Positions 17,689 through 26,825 are shown, counted from the first letter of the stretch. The stretch is DNA of 49,511 bases from an uncultured Candidatus Saccharibacteria bacterium (GCA_964348575.1 CAYGDD010000001.1:1-49511); one strand, 5' to 3'. Notes: generated by a model not told the origin, from the sequence alone. Program-made: numbers and translations.

Positions 17689-18177
17689 CTACTCGGTGGG
17701 AGCGTCCTCTGCGGGAGTGTTCTCATCATCTTCCCAAGGATTGGCTTGGGGTATGGCGAACGTCGGCTTAACTTCGCCATTGACGATCATCCAAAGGAAT
17801 TGTACTGCTTCCTGGATGGATCGTGCAGAAAGGCTGATATCCTGCGTCCATGTTTGCCGGCCGTTCCCAGTGGAACTTTGACCACATAGCCGGGTCTCTA
17901 TCTTTGCAAATTTTTCGTTATGGGTAGGTGCCAGGTAATAGCCTGGTGACATCTTTCCCATATCAAGGTGGTACCACAGGCTAACACCTGCCACCCACTT
18001 GTCAGGTAGGCCGGGTGTTTCTTGGGTAGACCTCGGGGCAATCGGATCGAAATGATTATAGTCGAGGTAGAAATCGCCTCGCTCGCACTGTTTCGGCTTC
18101 CTTCCCTCCAGCGCCTCTTTGAGGTACGGGTCGGTCTCAGGGTTGCCTGCGAGGTAGAGCCTTGTCGTCCCGATCAT
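17689..18177 (-). CDS. hypothetical protein (162 aa) in GC-richer cassette 1
   Basis: AGGAGG (18182-18187) lies 4 nt before ATG 18177. The gene has its own promoter and a downstream hairpin. I recognise no family. Confidence 0.6.
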   Translation of the reverse strand: MIGTTRLYLAGNPETDPYLKEALEGRKPKQCERGDFYLDYNHFDPIAPRSTQETPGLPDKWVAGVSLWYHLDMGKMSPGYYLAPTHNEKFAKIETRLCGQSSTGNGRQTWTQDISLSARSIQEAVQFLWMIVNGEVKPTFAIPQANPWEDDENTPAEDAPTE

Positions 18178-18243
18178 GTTGCCTCCTGTGTCTCAGGTCA
18201 TGTAGGGGATTAGTCCCCAGTCAGCCCAAAACGTCCACTACAG

Positions 18244-18272
18244 AGCATATCACATGAATAAACACTTGTCAA
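18244..18272 (-). promoter_or_regulatory. near-consensus sigma70 promoter of cassette 1
   Basis: On the minus strand, TTGACA (18272-18267), a 17-nt spacer, then TATGCT (18249-18244). It lies immediately after the stop of the upstream NlpC/P60 gene. Confidence 0.55.
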
Positions 18273-18276
18273 ATAT

Positions 18277-18960
18277 TTAGAACCAGTTTAGGCGTCGTAG
18301 TTCTCCGGGGGGGTTACTTGAGTCTATTTGCTCTATGCGTACGCCATGCCCATAACGGCCATCCTCTGGTAGGGCCACTGATTGGGCTATCTCTATTTCG
18401 CCATTTTCAATTTTGATTATTACCATTATGTGATTACGTGGGGTGCCGGTTTGCTTGGCATATTTGTTAATAACAAAAAAGTCTCCCGCCCTAGCCTCAT
18501 TGATCTTGATTTGCCTACTGTTACTTGCGTCAGCAAAGACAGCTACACTCATGTTCTCTACTGGGCGCTTAACAAATAATTTTCTAATAATAGAAAGTAC
18601 GTTATTGGCCTTAGGGAAAGATAGCTTATCTACCAAGTGACCATACCCACGGCCTACGCCTTCGGCCTCAAGGATGTAATATACGAAACCAGAACAGTCT
18701 ATGCCCAAGTTGTGGTCTACCAAGAACTTAGTCTTATTTTCTGGCGAGAGTTTAGCTAGTTCGACTTTACTTTTGTGAGCAATTAGCAGGGCCTCCTCCA
18801 CAATCTCCTCTGCACTCCCTTTGCCCACTTGTACTCGCAGAGCCCCACGCACCTTCTGGCGCTCGTTGGTAAAGTATGGGCACTTAACACCCAGATCTGG
18901 TAAGCGAAGGAATTCTGCAAGCACTAAGTTGGCCTCATGGCTTAGTTTGGAATTGATCAT
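18277..18960 (-). CDS. NlpC/P60 (C40) family peptidase-like protein
   Basis: Catalytic-Cys motif GIDCSGFVYYIL, then ARAGDFFVI...NHIMVIIK (His motif) in canonical order. ATGA overlap with the upstream ATP-grasp gene. Confidence 0.7.
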   Translation of the reverse strand: MINSKLSHEANLVLAEFLRLPDLGVKCPYFTNERQKVRGALRVQVGKGSAEEIVEEALLIAHKSKVELAKLSPENKTKFLVDHNLGIDCSGFVYYILEAEGVGRGYGHLVDKLSFPKANNVLSIIRKLFVKRPVENMSVAVFADASNSRQIKINEARAGDFFVINKYAKQTGTPRNHIMVIIKIENGEIEIAQSVALPEDGRYGHGVRIEQIDSSNPPGELRRLNWF

Positions 18961-20099
18961 GACACAAGCTTTGCTACTTCTTCGCCTAATGGTGAAAGTT
19001 TATTATGCCCAGCCATCAAGCTTACACTATTAGACCTTATCTGGAGTAAGTCCTCGCCCGGCTTCTCGGGCACAGACTCAACAGTACTAAGCCCCAGTAC
19101 TTGTAACTTGCCCACGGCATCTTCTGCGATGGCCACACTTGACTGTCTGCGTATAAGTCGCGCTCCAGCTGTGATCATAGCAGGACTACTTTCAAAAGGT
19201 ATGTTCGCCAAGGATGCGATATGAGATTCAAAGGTTGTGGGCAGTTCTGGCACGAGCGACTTCTGTAGCATGGATTCGAAGGTTACAGATGCAGTCTGCC
19301 GTGCGTTGACCTCTATTAGGTACAGTTCGTCAGTATTCTTGTCGAGTATCAGGTCTACTCCATAGCAACCTCTCCAACCATCTCGCTGCATACGCTCGCC
19401 AATTTTGGTAGAAATTTCTCGGGCCTTTCTTTGTTGCTCGGCTGTTAGTAATTTATTCACAATACCCCAATCGTTGCCAATGGTAGCAAAGGGATTATCC
19501 GTAAAGGCAGGGAGGCCAGTAATTTGGTAGCTAAGACTGCCTAGGATTACACGCGTACCTGTCACCACGTTGTTGCTGGTAAAGACTGGTCCATCTATAA
19601 ACTTACTTATACGCACAGGTCTATCGGGGAAGTCGGTGGCAAGTTCGCGCACTTGCGCTTCGCTATCTTGAAGTATAGTGCCAAGACCAGAGTGCGAATG
19701 GTTAAATTGGACAATCACTGGCGTACCATCATATACAAGCTCGCTACATCGGCGGATGGCAAAGGGTACGAGTAAGTTGGCCAGTTCGCCCAACCACTTG
19801 GTCTGACTGATCTTGGCTTCTACGCGCTCGGCCAAGTCCGCACTGGGGTTAAGTAAGTTCCAATTGTTAAGCTTGCATACCTGCTCGGCCTGGCGATTAG
19901 TCTTAAATATCACTAGGTTCTTCTCGGGTTTATTTGCAAATAGCTCAGCCACACGCGGGTCTGTCAATAATTCACGAGTGCTCCTGCTCTCATCACTAAA
20001 GATCTCGTAGCCCGCCGTGCTTAGGCTATCGGCACGTTCGGCTTGGCGGGTAATATATAAGACTGGATGCTCTTTAAGATATGTGTATAATTCTTCCAT
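18957..20099 (-). CDS. ATP-grasp family ligase (380 aa), substrate unknown
   Basis: C-terminal ATP-grasp signature GWRGCYGVDLILDKNTDELYLIEVNARQTAS. Confidence 0.7.
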   Translation of the reverse strand: MEELYTYLKEHPVLYITRQAERADSLSTAGYEIFSDESRSTRELLTDPRVAELFANKPEKNLVIFKTNRQAEQVCKLNNWNLLNPSADLAERVEAKISQTKWLGELANLLVPFAIRRCSELVYDGTPVIVQFNHSHSGLGTILQDSEAQVRELATDFPDRPVRISKFIDGPVFTSNNVVTGTRVILGSLSYQITGLPAFTDNPFATIGNDWGIVNKLLTAEQQRKAREISTKIGERMQRDGWRGCYGVDLILDKNTDELYLIEVNARQTASVTFESMLQKSLVPELPTTFESHIASLANIPFESSPAMITAGARLIRRQSSVAIAEDAVGKLQVLGLSTVESVPEKPGEDLLQIRSNSVSLMAGHNKLSPLGEEVAKLVS

Positions 20100-20183
20100 C
20101 CTATTAGAAGTTAGCTGTTTTAATGTATATAATGAAAAACATGATTATTGACTATATTGGCTTAGACTCCTAACAGGACCCAT

Positions 20184-20876
20184 ATGGGCATACTTTACAT
20201 TGTCGGGACACCTATTGGCAACTTGGAAGATATTACTATGCGAGCCTTGCGCATTTTACGCGAGGTAGATGTAATATTTTGCGAAGACACCAGAGTTACG
20301 GCTAGGCTACTTAAGCGCTACAATATAACTAAGCCTCTAAAACAATTTAACGCTCACACCCGCGTCTCTGGCTTCCAAAATCTAGCTTCTAGCCTCCAGA
20401 GTATTGCTTATGTAAGTGACGCCGGTACTCCCGGCTTATCGGACCCTGGAGCAGAGCTGGTGCGCGCCAGCTTGGCTCTTGGCTTTGAGGTGGTGAGCGT
20501 GCCGGGGCCTTCGGCTATCTCGGCCATCATCTCACTTTCGGACACCACCATCACCAGCTTTACCTTCCACGGCTTCCCGCCCCACAAGAAGGGGAGAGAA
20601 ACTCTCTTCAAACAGATTGCCCTCTCACTTAGCGGACCGTCGGCTAAGTCAGATAGATCTATGGGTCTGGCGGAGATTTTTTACGAATCGCCTAATCGCA
20701 TTGTTAAAGCTCTTACTCAATTAGAGAAGTATGCCCCAGATAGGCGAGTGTTGGTAGGTCGTGAGCTGACCAAAAAGTTTGAGGAAGTTTTGCGAGGCAC
20801 AGTCACCGAAGTTCGCACCCTCCTTGAATCTGACCCCAGCAAACAAAGAGGCGAGTTCGTCGTCCTAGTTCTTTAA
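20184..20876 (+). CDS. rsmI: 16S rRNA (cytidine1402-2'-O)-methyltransferase
   Basis: LYIVGTPIGNLEDITMRALRILREVDVIFCEDTR, SDAGTPGLSDPG and FYESPNR are typical RsmI / tetrapyrrole-methylase-fold motifs. Confidence 0.9.
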   Translation: MGILYIVGTPIGNLEDITMRALRILREVDVIFCEDTRVTARLLKRYNITKPLKQFNAHTRVSGFQNLASSLQSIAYVSDAGTPGLSDPGAELVRASLALGFEVVSVPGPSAISAIISLSDTTITSFTFHGFPPHKKGRETLFKQIALSLSGPSAKSDRSMGLAEIFYESPNRIVKALTQLEKYAPDRRVLVGRELTKKFEEVLRGTVTEVRTLLESDPSKQRGEFVVLVL

Positions 20877-20892
20877 TCCTGTCGCATGACTT

Positions 20893-20923
20893 CAACTGTT
20901 GGACATTCGATGTCCAACAGTTG
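20893..20923. other. 31-bp near-perfect palindrome (14-bp arms, 3-nt centre)
   Basis: CAACTGTTGGACAT tcg ATGTCCAACAGTTG, starting 17 nt after the rsmI stop. No T-tract follows. Confidence 0.9.
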
Positions 20924-20967
20924 CAGAAATGGGTATTTGTGGTAGCTTGGTCCTTGGAGGTAGCAAA

Positions 20968-21312
20968 ATGGCAGGAAATGGAAGTGGTAGTAACGGCGGT
21001 AGCTTGGCTCTACAGTTTGAGGTCCCAGCTCGTACGGGCCCTACGGCAGAGCAAGTCCTTGGCTTGCAAAAGATTGTGTGCAAGCTCCGAGGTATCAAGA
21101 GCAGGAGGAGTAAGACGAAAGTAGTGCCGACGCTCCTGCTCGCCGGTTTGCAGTATCTCATCGTCTTGAACGCCAAGAACCCAGACAACCCGGAGTTGGA
21201 CGAGGCTTACGGCTATCTTTGCGACTTGGGGTACGACTTTTCGGAAATTCCGTCGCTCGTGGCCAGCTTCCTCATCGTCACCTGCGCCAACAACGCCACC
21301 TGGAAATTTTAA
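20968..21312 (+). CDS. hypothetical protein (114 aa) in GC-richer cassette 2
   Basis: GGAGG (20956-20960) lies 7 nt before ATG 20968. The longer ORF from 20899 would start inside the palindrome. A strong terminator follows. I recognise no family. Confidence 0.55.
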   Translation: MAGNGSGSNGGSLALQFEVPARTGPTAEQVLGLQKIVCKLRGIKSRRSKTKVVPTLLLAGLQYLIVLNAKNPDNPELDEAYGYLCDLGYDFSEIPSLVASFLIVTCANNATWKF

Positions 21313-21315
21313 CCC

Positions 21316-21358
21316 CCCCTAGATAAGACCTCAGAGGTCTTATCTAGGGGTTTCTTTT
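21316..21358 (+). terminator. rho-independent terminator
   Basis: 15-bp perfect stem CCCCTAGATAAGACC (21316-21330) / GGTCTTATCTAGGGG (21336-21350), loop TCAGA, then TTTCTTTT. Confidence 0.85.
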
Positions 21359-21381
21359 AATTTTGTGGTATGATATCTGTC

Positions 21382-21636
21382 ATGAAGAGATGGTGGTACA
21401 TATTGTTCGGCTCAGCTGTTGTAGTGATACTACCTTTGCTTGGCTTGCCTGCTAGCGTGGATAGGGTAGCTTATATGTTTATTGGCATATCTTTTATTCT
21501 AATTTCTTTGCACAATATTCGCCGAGGTTACTTGCGTGATTTCGTAGCTTTCAATACTACTACACCCTCTCCGGCGGAGACACCCGAACTTTATCAAGAG
21601 CCAACAACTCCCGCTGATGAAGAGGTATCAATTTGA
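21382..21636 (+). CDS. small membrane protein (84 aa)
   Basis: MKRWWYILFGSAVVVILPLLGL is followed by a second hydrophobic helix. ATG 21382 lies 7 nt downstream of TGgTATGAT (21366-21374). The ORF-track ATG at 21370 lies inside that -10 box. Confidence 0.55.
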   Translation: MKRWWYILFGSAVVVILPLLGLPASVDRVAYMFIGISFILISLHNIRRGYLRDFVAFNTTTPSPAETPELYQEPTTPADEEVSI

Positions 21637-22798
21637 GATCGCAGGAGTATTGCTTATCATAGTTGCAACTTTGGTTGTTGGTACATATTTAGTTTTCGGC
21701 TTTGCTAATCAGGCGAGCTTGGTCTATGTAGCTAGGCAAGAAGAACCTAGTCTGGTTGCCCAAGTGCCTCCTAAACCCAAAGTTTTGCACATTAAGACAC
21801 CCACCCCTGTGCGCGGGTTGTATCTTACTTCTTGGGTGGCAGGATATAAGAATGCTGAAGGTGATTACTCTTGGCGTAAGAAGATTGTCGCCATTGCGAC
21901 CACTACTGAAATTAATACCCTAGTGATAGATATTAAGGATTACACCGGACGCATATCCTTTGAACTGCCCGGGACTATATACAGTGAGATGGGGGCAGAT
22001 AGTAAGCGTATACCTGATGTAAAAGAATTTATACAAGAGCTACACGATGAGAATATTTACGTCGTCGGTAGATTGTCGGTCTTTCAAGACCAGTTTCTCA
22101 CCGCCGAGCGACCAGAGCTGGCAGTACTCCGCAAAGATAATGGGGAAGTATGGCGCGATCGCATGGGGATAGCTTGGCTTGACCCGGGCAACAGGCAAGT
22201 TTGGGATTATGTGGTGGGCATAGCACAGGCTTCTTACGCACTTGGCTTTGACGAGATTAACTTTGATTATATCCGTTTTCCCTCTGACGGCAATATGCAG
22301 AACACTTTATATCCGCACAGTGACCCCACTCTTGCCAAGCGCGATCAGCTTAATCTGTTCTTCGCTTATCTTGATGGCAAGTTACGGACAGAAGGTATTC
22401 CAATCTCGGCTGACATCTTCGGCATGACTACAACCAATACCGATGACTTGGGCATAGGCCAAGTCCTTGAGAACGCCCTTGCCCACTTTGATTACGTTGC
22501 TCCTATGGTCTACCCCTCGCATTATCCGCCCAACTTTAACGGCTGGCCCGATCCTAATAAAGTGCCCTACGAGCTAATCCATTTTGTAATGAGTAGTGCT
22601 GTAGAGCGCGCTATTATGGCAAGCTCTACTCCAAGCAAGCTCCGGCCTTGGTTGCAAGACTTTAACTACGGGGGTATCTATGGCGAGACCGAGGTTAGAG
22701 CCCAGAAGCAGGCTGTCTATGACGTGGGTCTTGATAGCTGGATGCTTTGGGACCCCAGTGTTAAGTACACCATAAGTGCTCTTGATTTAGTGATATAA
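21617..22798 (+). CDS. membrane-anchored putative glycoside hydrolase (COG1306 / GH-like TIM barrel)
   Basis: N-terminal TM, then VRGLYLTSW...LVIDIKDYTGRISF...GFDEINFDYIRFPSDG, typical of this family. Confidence 0.6.
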   Translation: MKRYQFEIAGVLLIIVATLVVGTYLVFGFANQASLVYVARQEEPSLVAQVPPKPKVLHIKTPTPVRGLYLTSWVAGYKNAEGDYSWRKKIVAIATTTEINTLVIDIKDYTGRISFELPGTIYSEMGADSKRIPDVKEFIQELHDENIYVVGRLSVFQDQFLTAERPELAVLRKDNGEVWRDRMGIAWLDPGNRQVWDYVVGIAQASYALGFDEINFDYIRFPSDGNMQNTLYPHSDPTLAKRDQLNLFFAYLDGKLRTEGIPISADIFGMTTTNTDDLGIGQVLENALAHFDYVAPMVYPSHYPPNFNGWPDPNKVPYELIHFVMSSAVERAIMASSTPSKLRPWLQDFNYGGIYGETEVRAQKQAVYDVGLDSWMLWDPSVKYTISALDLVI

Positions 22799-22806
22799 TA
22801 TTACAG

Positions 22807-24573
22807 ATGGATAAGGACACTAGCGAGAGAGTTATATATTTCGCTGAGACAGACTTCCGCAATCGGAAACAGCGTTTTGGTATTAAAGAGAAGGATCGTT
22901 CTCGCCATATGTACGTCATTGGTAAGACGGGTATGGGTAAGTCTACCTTGCTTGAGAATCTAGCCATCCAAGATATCCAGAACGGTTCGGGTCTAGGCTT
23001 CATTGACCCTCACGGTGGTTCGGCCGAGCTCTTACTTGACCACGTGCCTAAGTCGCGTATTAAGGATGTAATTTATTTTGCCCCATTTGATCTTGAGAAT
23101 CCAGTCTCATTTAACGTTATGGAGGACGTGGGCAAGGACCAGCGCCACCTGGTGGCTGATGGGCTTATGGCTGCCTTTAAGAAGATCTGGCCTGATGTGT
23201 GGAGTGCGCGCATGGAGTACATTCTCAACAACATCCTTCTCGCCCTCATTGAGTATCCAGATTCTACCTTGCTTGGTGTTAATCGGATGCTGGCCGACAA
23301 GTCTTATCGAGATATGGTGGTGGCCCACATTACCGACCCTGCCGTGCGTGCCTTCTGGCTGGACGAGTTTGCCAAGTATACTGACAAGTATATGCAAGAG
23401 GCTGGGGCTGCCATCCAGAACAAGATTGGCCAATTTGTATCTTCACCCATTATCAGGAATATAATTGGTCAAACTACCTCCTCTTTCAACATTCGTGAGG
23501 CTATGGATAGTAAGAAGATTCTGATTATGAATCTTTCTAAAGGTAGGATGGGCGAGAACAATGCCGCCCTGTTGGGTGGTATGCTAATTACTAAGATGTA
23601 CTTGGCTGCTATGTCCAGAGCCCAAGTCAGGGCAAGTGAACTTGCTGGACTACCCCACTTCTACTTTTACGTGGACGAGTTCCAGTCCTTTGTTAACGAA
23701 TCGTTTGCCAATATTCTCTCGGAGGCGCGCAAATACAAACTAGACTTAACCATCGCGCATCAATATGTGGAACAAATGCCCGAGGAAGTACGTGACGCCG
23801 TCTTTGGCAACGTGGGGACTACTATTGCCTTCCGAGTTGGACCACTTGATGCCGAACTCTTAGAGAAAGTTTTTGCCCCCAACTTCTTAGTAGAGGATCT
23901 TGTTAACCTCGGACGTAACCAGATATATCTTTCGCTTATGATAGACGGTATCGGTTCGCCTCCCTTCTCGGCCAAGACCATACCCCCAATAGTACTCGAC
24001 GGCGAGTCACGCCGGGAAGAAGCCTTGGCCTTCTCGCGCGCAACCTATGCCAAGCCCCGAGCTCAAGTAGAGAAGTTGATTGAGGACTGGCATCAGGCTA
24101 TGCCAGTTGCAAGTGGGAGCAGTGATCGTGGTAGAAGTAGTAGTCCTAGTAGTCGGCCCCAATTTGCTGGCAGTAACCAACAGCAGAGACCTAGGCCTAC
24201 CTACCAAACGCAATCTGCAACACGGGCCACACCTCCCGGACCTGCTAATAGTCAAAATCAGCAAAGTAATCCTGCACAAAGGCCGGTGATTAATAATGTC
24301 CGCCATAATACCAACAATCCACCACCCCGCCAGATGGCCATACCCAAAGAGGCCCAAGAGGCACTGGGGGCAAGTAATCTTAAAGATCTGTTAGCTAACG
24401 CCCTCAAAGAGGCTCATTACGAACCAAATAATGAAGATGAAGATGAAGATGATGGCGATGTAACAAGAGTTTACAAGCATGAAGAAGCTTCAGAAGTAGT
24501 TAACCAAACAGAGCAACCAACTGACCCAGCGATCTCAACCGAAGAGTTAAAGAAAATCTTAGGCAAAAAATAG
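22807..24573 (+). CDS. soluble VirD4/TraG/TraD-like (type IV coupling protein-type) P-loop ATPase with Q/N/P-rich and acidic C-terminal tail
   Basis: Walker A GKTGMGKST, Walker B FYFYVDEFQSF, LTIAHQY. No N-terminal TM. The tail from about 24100 is low-complexity (QQQRPRPTYQTQ...NNEDEDEDDGD). Confidence 0.6.
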   Translation: MDKDTSERVIYFAETDFRNRKQRFGIKEKDRSRHMYVIGKTGMGKSTLLENLAIQDIQNGSGLGFIDPHGGSAELLLDHVPKSRIKDVIYFAPFDLENPVSFNVMEDVGKDQRHLVADGLMAAFKKIWPDVWSARMEYILNNILLALIEYPDSTLLGVNRMLADKSYRDMVVAHITDPAVRAFWLDEFAKYTDKYMQEAGAAIQNKIGQFVSSPIIRNIIGQTTSSFNIREAMDSKKILIMNLSKGRMGENNAALLGGMLITKMYLAAMSRAQVRASELAGLPHFYFYVDEFQSFVNESFANILSEARKYKLDLTIAHQYVEQMPEEVRDAVFGNVGTTIAFRVGPLDAELLEKVFAPNFLVEDLVNLGRNQIYLSLMIDGIGSPPFSAKTIPPIVLDGESRREEALAFSRATYAKPRAQVEKLIEDWHQAMPVASGSSDRGRSSSPSSRPQFAGSNQQQRPRPTYQTQSATRATPPGPANSQNQQSNPAQRPVINNVRHNTNNPPPRQMAIPKEAQEALGASNLKDLLANALKEAHYEPNNEDEDEDDGDVTRVYKHEEASEVVNQTEQPTDPAISTEELKKILGKK

Positions 24574-24614
24574 AAGCTTTACTTTTGGGATTCTGCTGTT
24601 AAGATTTGATAAAC

Positions 24615-26825
24615 ATGGCTAAAAAGCGAGTTTTGCTATTTTCTACTGCCTACGCCCCATTCTGGTCTGGGGCCGAAATCGCTATCCGCGAGCTTACAAG
24701 TAGGATGCCAGATTATGAGTTCGAGATGCTGACCGTGCACCTTGATCCCACAAGTTCCACAAGCGAGCAGGTGGGCAAAATATTAGTGCACAGAGTTGGA
24801 GTAGGGAGCCTCCCTATGCGCAAGTTTACGGCTCCCTTTATCGGTGCGTTGAAAGTTTTTCAACTTATTCGCGCTCGGGGGGAGTTTGACATCTTTTGGC
24901 CGTTTATGGTGACTTATGTCAGTGGCTCGGCTTACATCTTTAACATCCTAAGATTCTGGCATAGAGTGCCGGTGGTACTAACCTTGCAAGAAGGTGACTC
25001 TGACGAACATTTGCGAAGGAGGCACCATGGTTTGTTGGGCCTTGCTTGGCGAGCGGTAATGACTAGGACTAATTATCTAGTTGGCATTAGCAAATATTTG
25101 GCCAATAGAGCAATGGGCCTAGGCTATGTGGGTAAGTCGGCGGTGATCCCAAATGGGGTGGCAGACGAGTTCTTTAACATTAAGTTAAAGGCCACCGAGC
25201 GCAATAAGTTACGAGAGAGTTTGGGCTATAAGAAGAGTGACATTGTGCTTATCCACACAGGCCGACTTAATGTCAAGAATGCAATTAGTGACATTATCAA
25301 ATCCTTAGTCTACTTGCCCACTAATTGTAAGTTCCTATCTATTGGTGATGGAGAGTTGGCTGATGAGCTTGCTCTGATTGCTCGGGACTTCCGAGTTGCT
25401 GACAGGGTTACATTCCTACCGGCGGTCTCGCAAATAGAGCTGGCAAGATATTTGGCTATGGCAGACATTTTCGTTCGGCCCTCACTCTCGGAGGGCTTGG
25501 GTATCTCCTTCCTTGAGGCTCTGGCCGTGGGCTTACCCATAGTGGCCACAGAAGTAGGCGGTATCCCAGACTTCCTTGTAGATAATAGGACCGGCCTATT
25601 TTGTAGAGTGGGAGATCCAGAGGACCTAGCAAGTAAAGTTAAGATGCTTATTGCTAATCCAATATTGTTTGCTCGCATATCCAAGGAAGTGCAGTTAGTT
25701 GCTCGCGCGAGTTATAAGTGGGAAAAGTTTGCAACAGACTACTCACAAATTTTCCAAGGATTAAGAGAGGGCCTTGGGGTTGATAAGATTGTTATTGCTT
25801 CCCCCCTTGCTCCTAACAGCACAAGTAGCACTTATTATGCTACTAGGCTTAGCGAGGAGTTAATAAATAAAGGTATCCCAGTGCGCATACTAACCTTTGC
25901 CACCAACTTGCCCACTGGTCTTAGACACATTGTTTATTTTTTCAAACTAGTATTCGCAAGTAGGGGAGTGAGCGCAATAATTGCCCTAGATAACTTTTCT
26001 GTGGCTCTTGTTTCAGTCTGGGCAGGTCTGCTCACTCGGACCAAGGTGGTAGTGCGAGTGGGGGGCGACTTCTTGTGGGAGCACTATGCTAATCGCACGG
26101 GCGAGCTTATAACTTTGTCCAGATTTAACTCCGTACTAACTTCTCCTTCGCTAAAGCTGTCATATAAAGAGAAAGTAATCAGATATTTAATAAATTGGAT
26201 TTATATCCACGCTGATCATATCGTCTTCAGCACTCTGTGGCAACGAGATATAGTTATGGATAGTAACGATCTAGTTGCTACCAAGTCTAGCGTCATAACT
26301 AACGCTTACCTACAACGTGTGGGTGTGTTTAAAGAGGTGATAGAGCCAAACTTTATCTGGATTGGAAGAGATATACCTCTTAAGAATGTGAGAGTTTTAC
26401 AAGAGGCTTATACTATTGCTAAAGAAAATAATCCAGACATTACGCTCACTATATATAAAGACTTGTCTCAGAAGGAGGTATGGCCAAAGCTGTTGGAGTG
26501 CTATGCTTTGATCTTGCCGTCATTATCAGAAGTTAGTCCTAATCTTGTGCTCCAAGCGATATCATTTGGTAAGCCTTTTGTTATGCCGAAAGACAGTGGT
26601 TATGCAGATTGGCTTAGAGAGTTTGGCATAGTAATAGACACAACCAATAAGGCCGAGTTAGCCAAGGCGATGCTTAAATTAACAGATAAAAAGATGTATT
26701 TGAAATACAAAAATGCCATAGCCAAATTTGCCTACAAACATACTTATGCTGATATAGCCAAAGAATTTTTAGCATTAATAGAGCAAGAAGATAAAGCTAA
26801 GCAAACTAAAGTTAGCAAGTTATGA
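24615..26825 (+). CDS. tandem double GT4-type (GT-B fold) glycosyltransferase (about 736 aa)
   Basis: The first half has RPSLSEGLGISFLEALAVGLPIVATEVGGIPD (the EX7E region). The second half is another GT-B-like domain (LPSLSEVSPNLVLQAISFGKPFV). Confidence 0.7.
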   Translation: MAKKRVLLFSTAYAPFWSGAEIAIRELTSRMPDYEFEMLTVHLDPTSSTSEQVGKILVHRVGVGSLPMRKFTAPFIGALKVFQLIRARGEFDIFWPFMVTYVSGSAYIFNILRFWHRVPVVLTLQEGDSDEHLRRRHHGLLGLAWRAVMTRTNYLVGISKYLANRAMGLGYVGKSAVIPNGVADEFFNIKLKATERNKLRESLGYKKSDIVLIHTGRLNVKNAISDIIKSLVYLPTNCKFLSIGDGELADELALIARDFRVADRVTFLPAVSQIELARYLAMADIFVRPSLSEGLGISFLEALAVGLPIVATEVGGIPDFLVDNRTGLFCRVGDPEDLASKVKMLIANPILFARISKEVQLVARASYKWEKFATDYSQIFQGLREGLGVDKIVIASPLAPNSTSSTYYATRLSEELINKGIPVRILTFATNLPTGLRHIVYFFKLVFASRGVSAIIALDNFSVALVSVWAGLLTRTKVVVRVGGDFLWEHYANRTGELITLSRFNSVLTSPSLKLSYKEKVIRYLINWIYIHADHIVFSTLWQRDIVMDSNDLVATKSSVITNAYLQRVGVFKEVIEPNFIWIGRDIPLKNVRVLQEAYTIAKENNPDITLTIYKDLSQKEVWPKLLECYALILPSLSEVSPNLVLQAISFGKPFVMPKDSGYADWLREFGIVIDTTNKAELAKAMLKLTDKKMYLKYKNAIAKFAYKHTYADIAKEFLALIEQEDKAKQTKVSKL

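Noticed and set aside
17561-18213. Alternative ORFs in cassette 1 (17561-17881+, 17598-17780-, 17632-17889+, 18022-18213+)
   Set aside because: Only 17689-18177(-) has a promoter, AGGAGG and a terminator hairpin in the correct arrangement. The others are expected by-products of GC-rich, stop-poor sequence.
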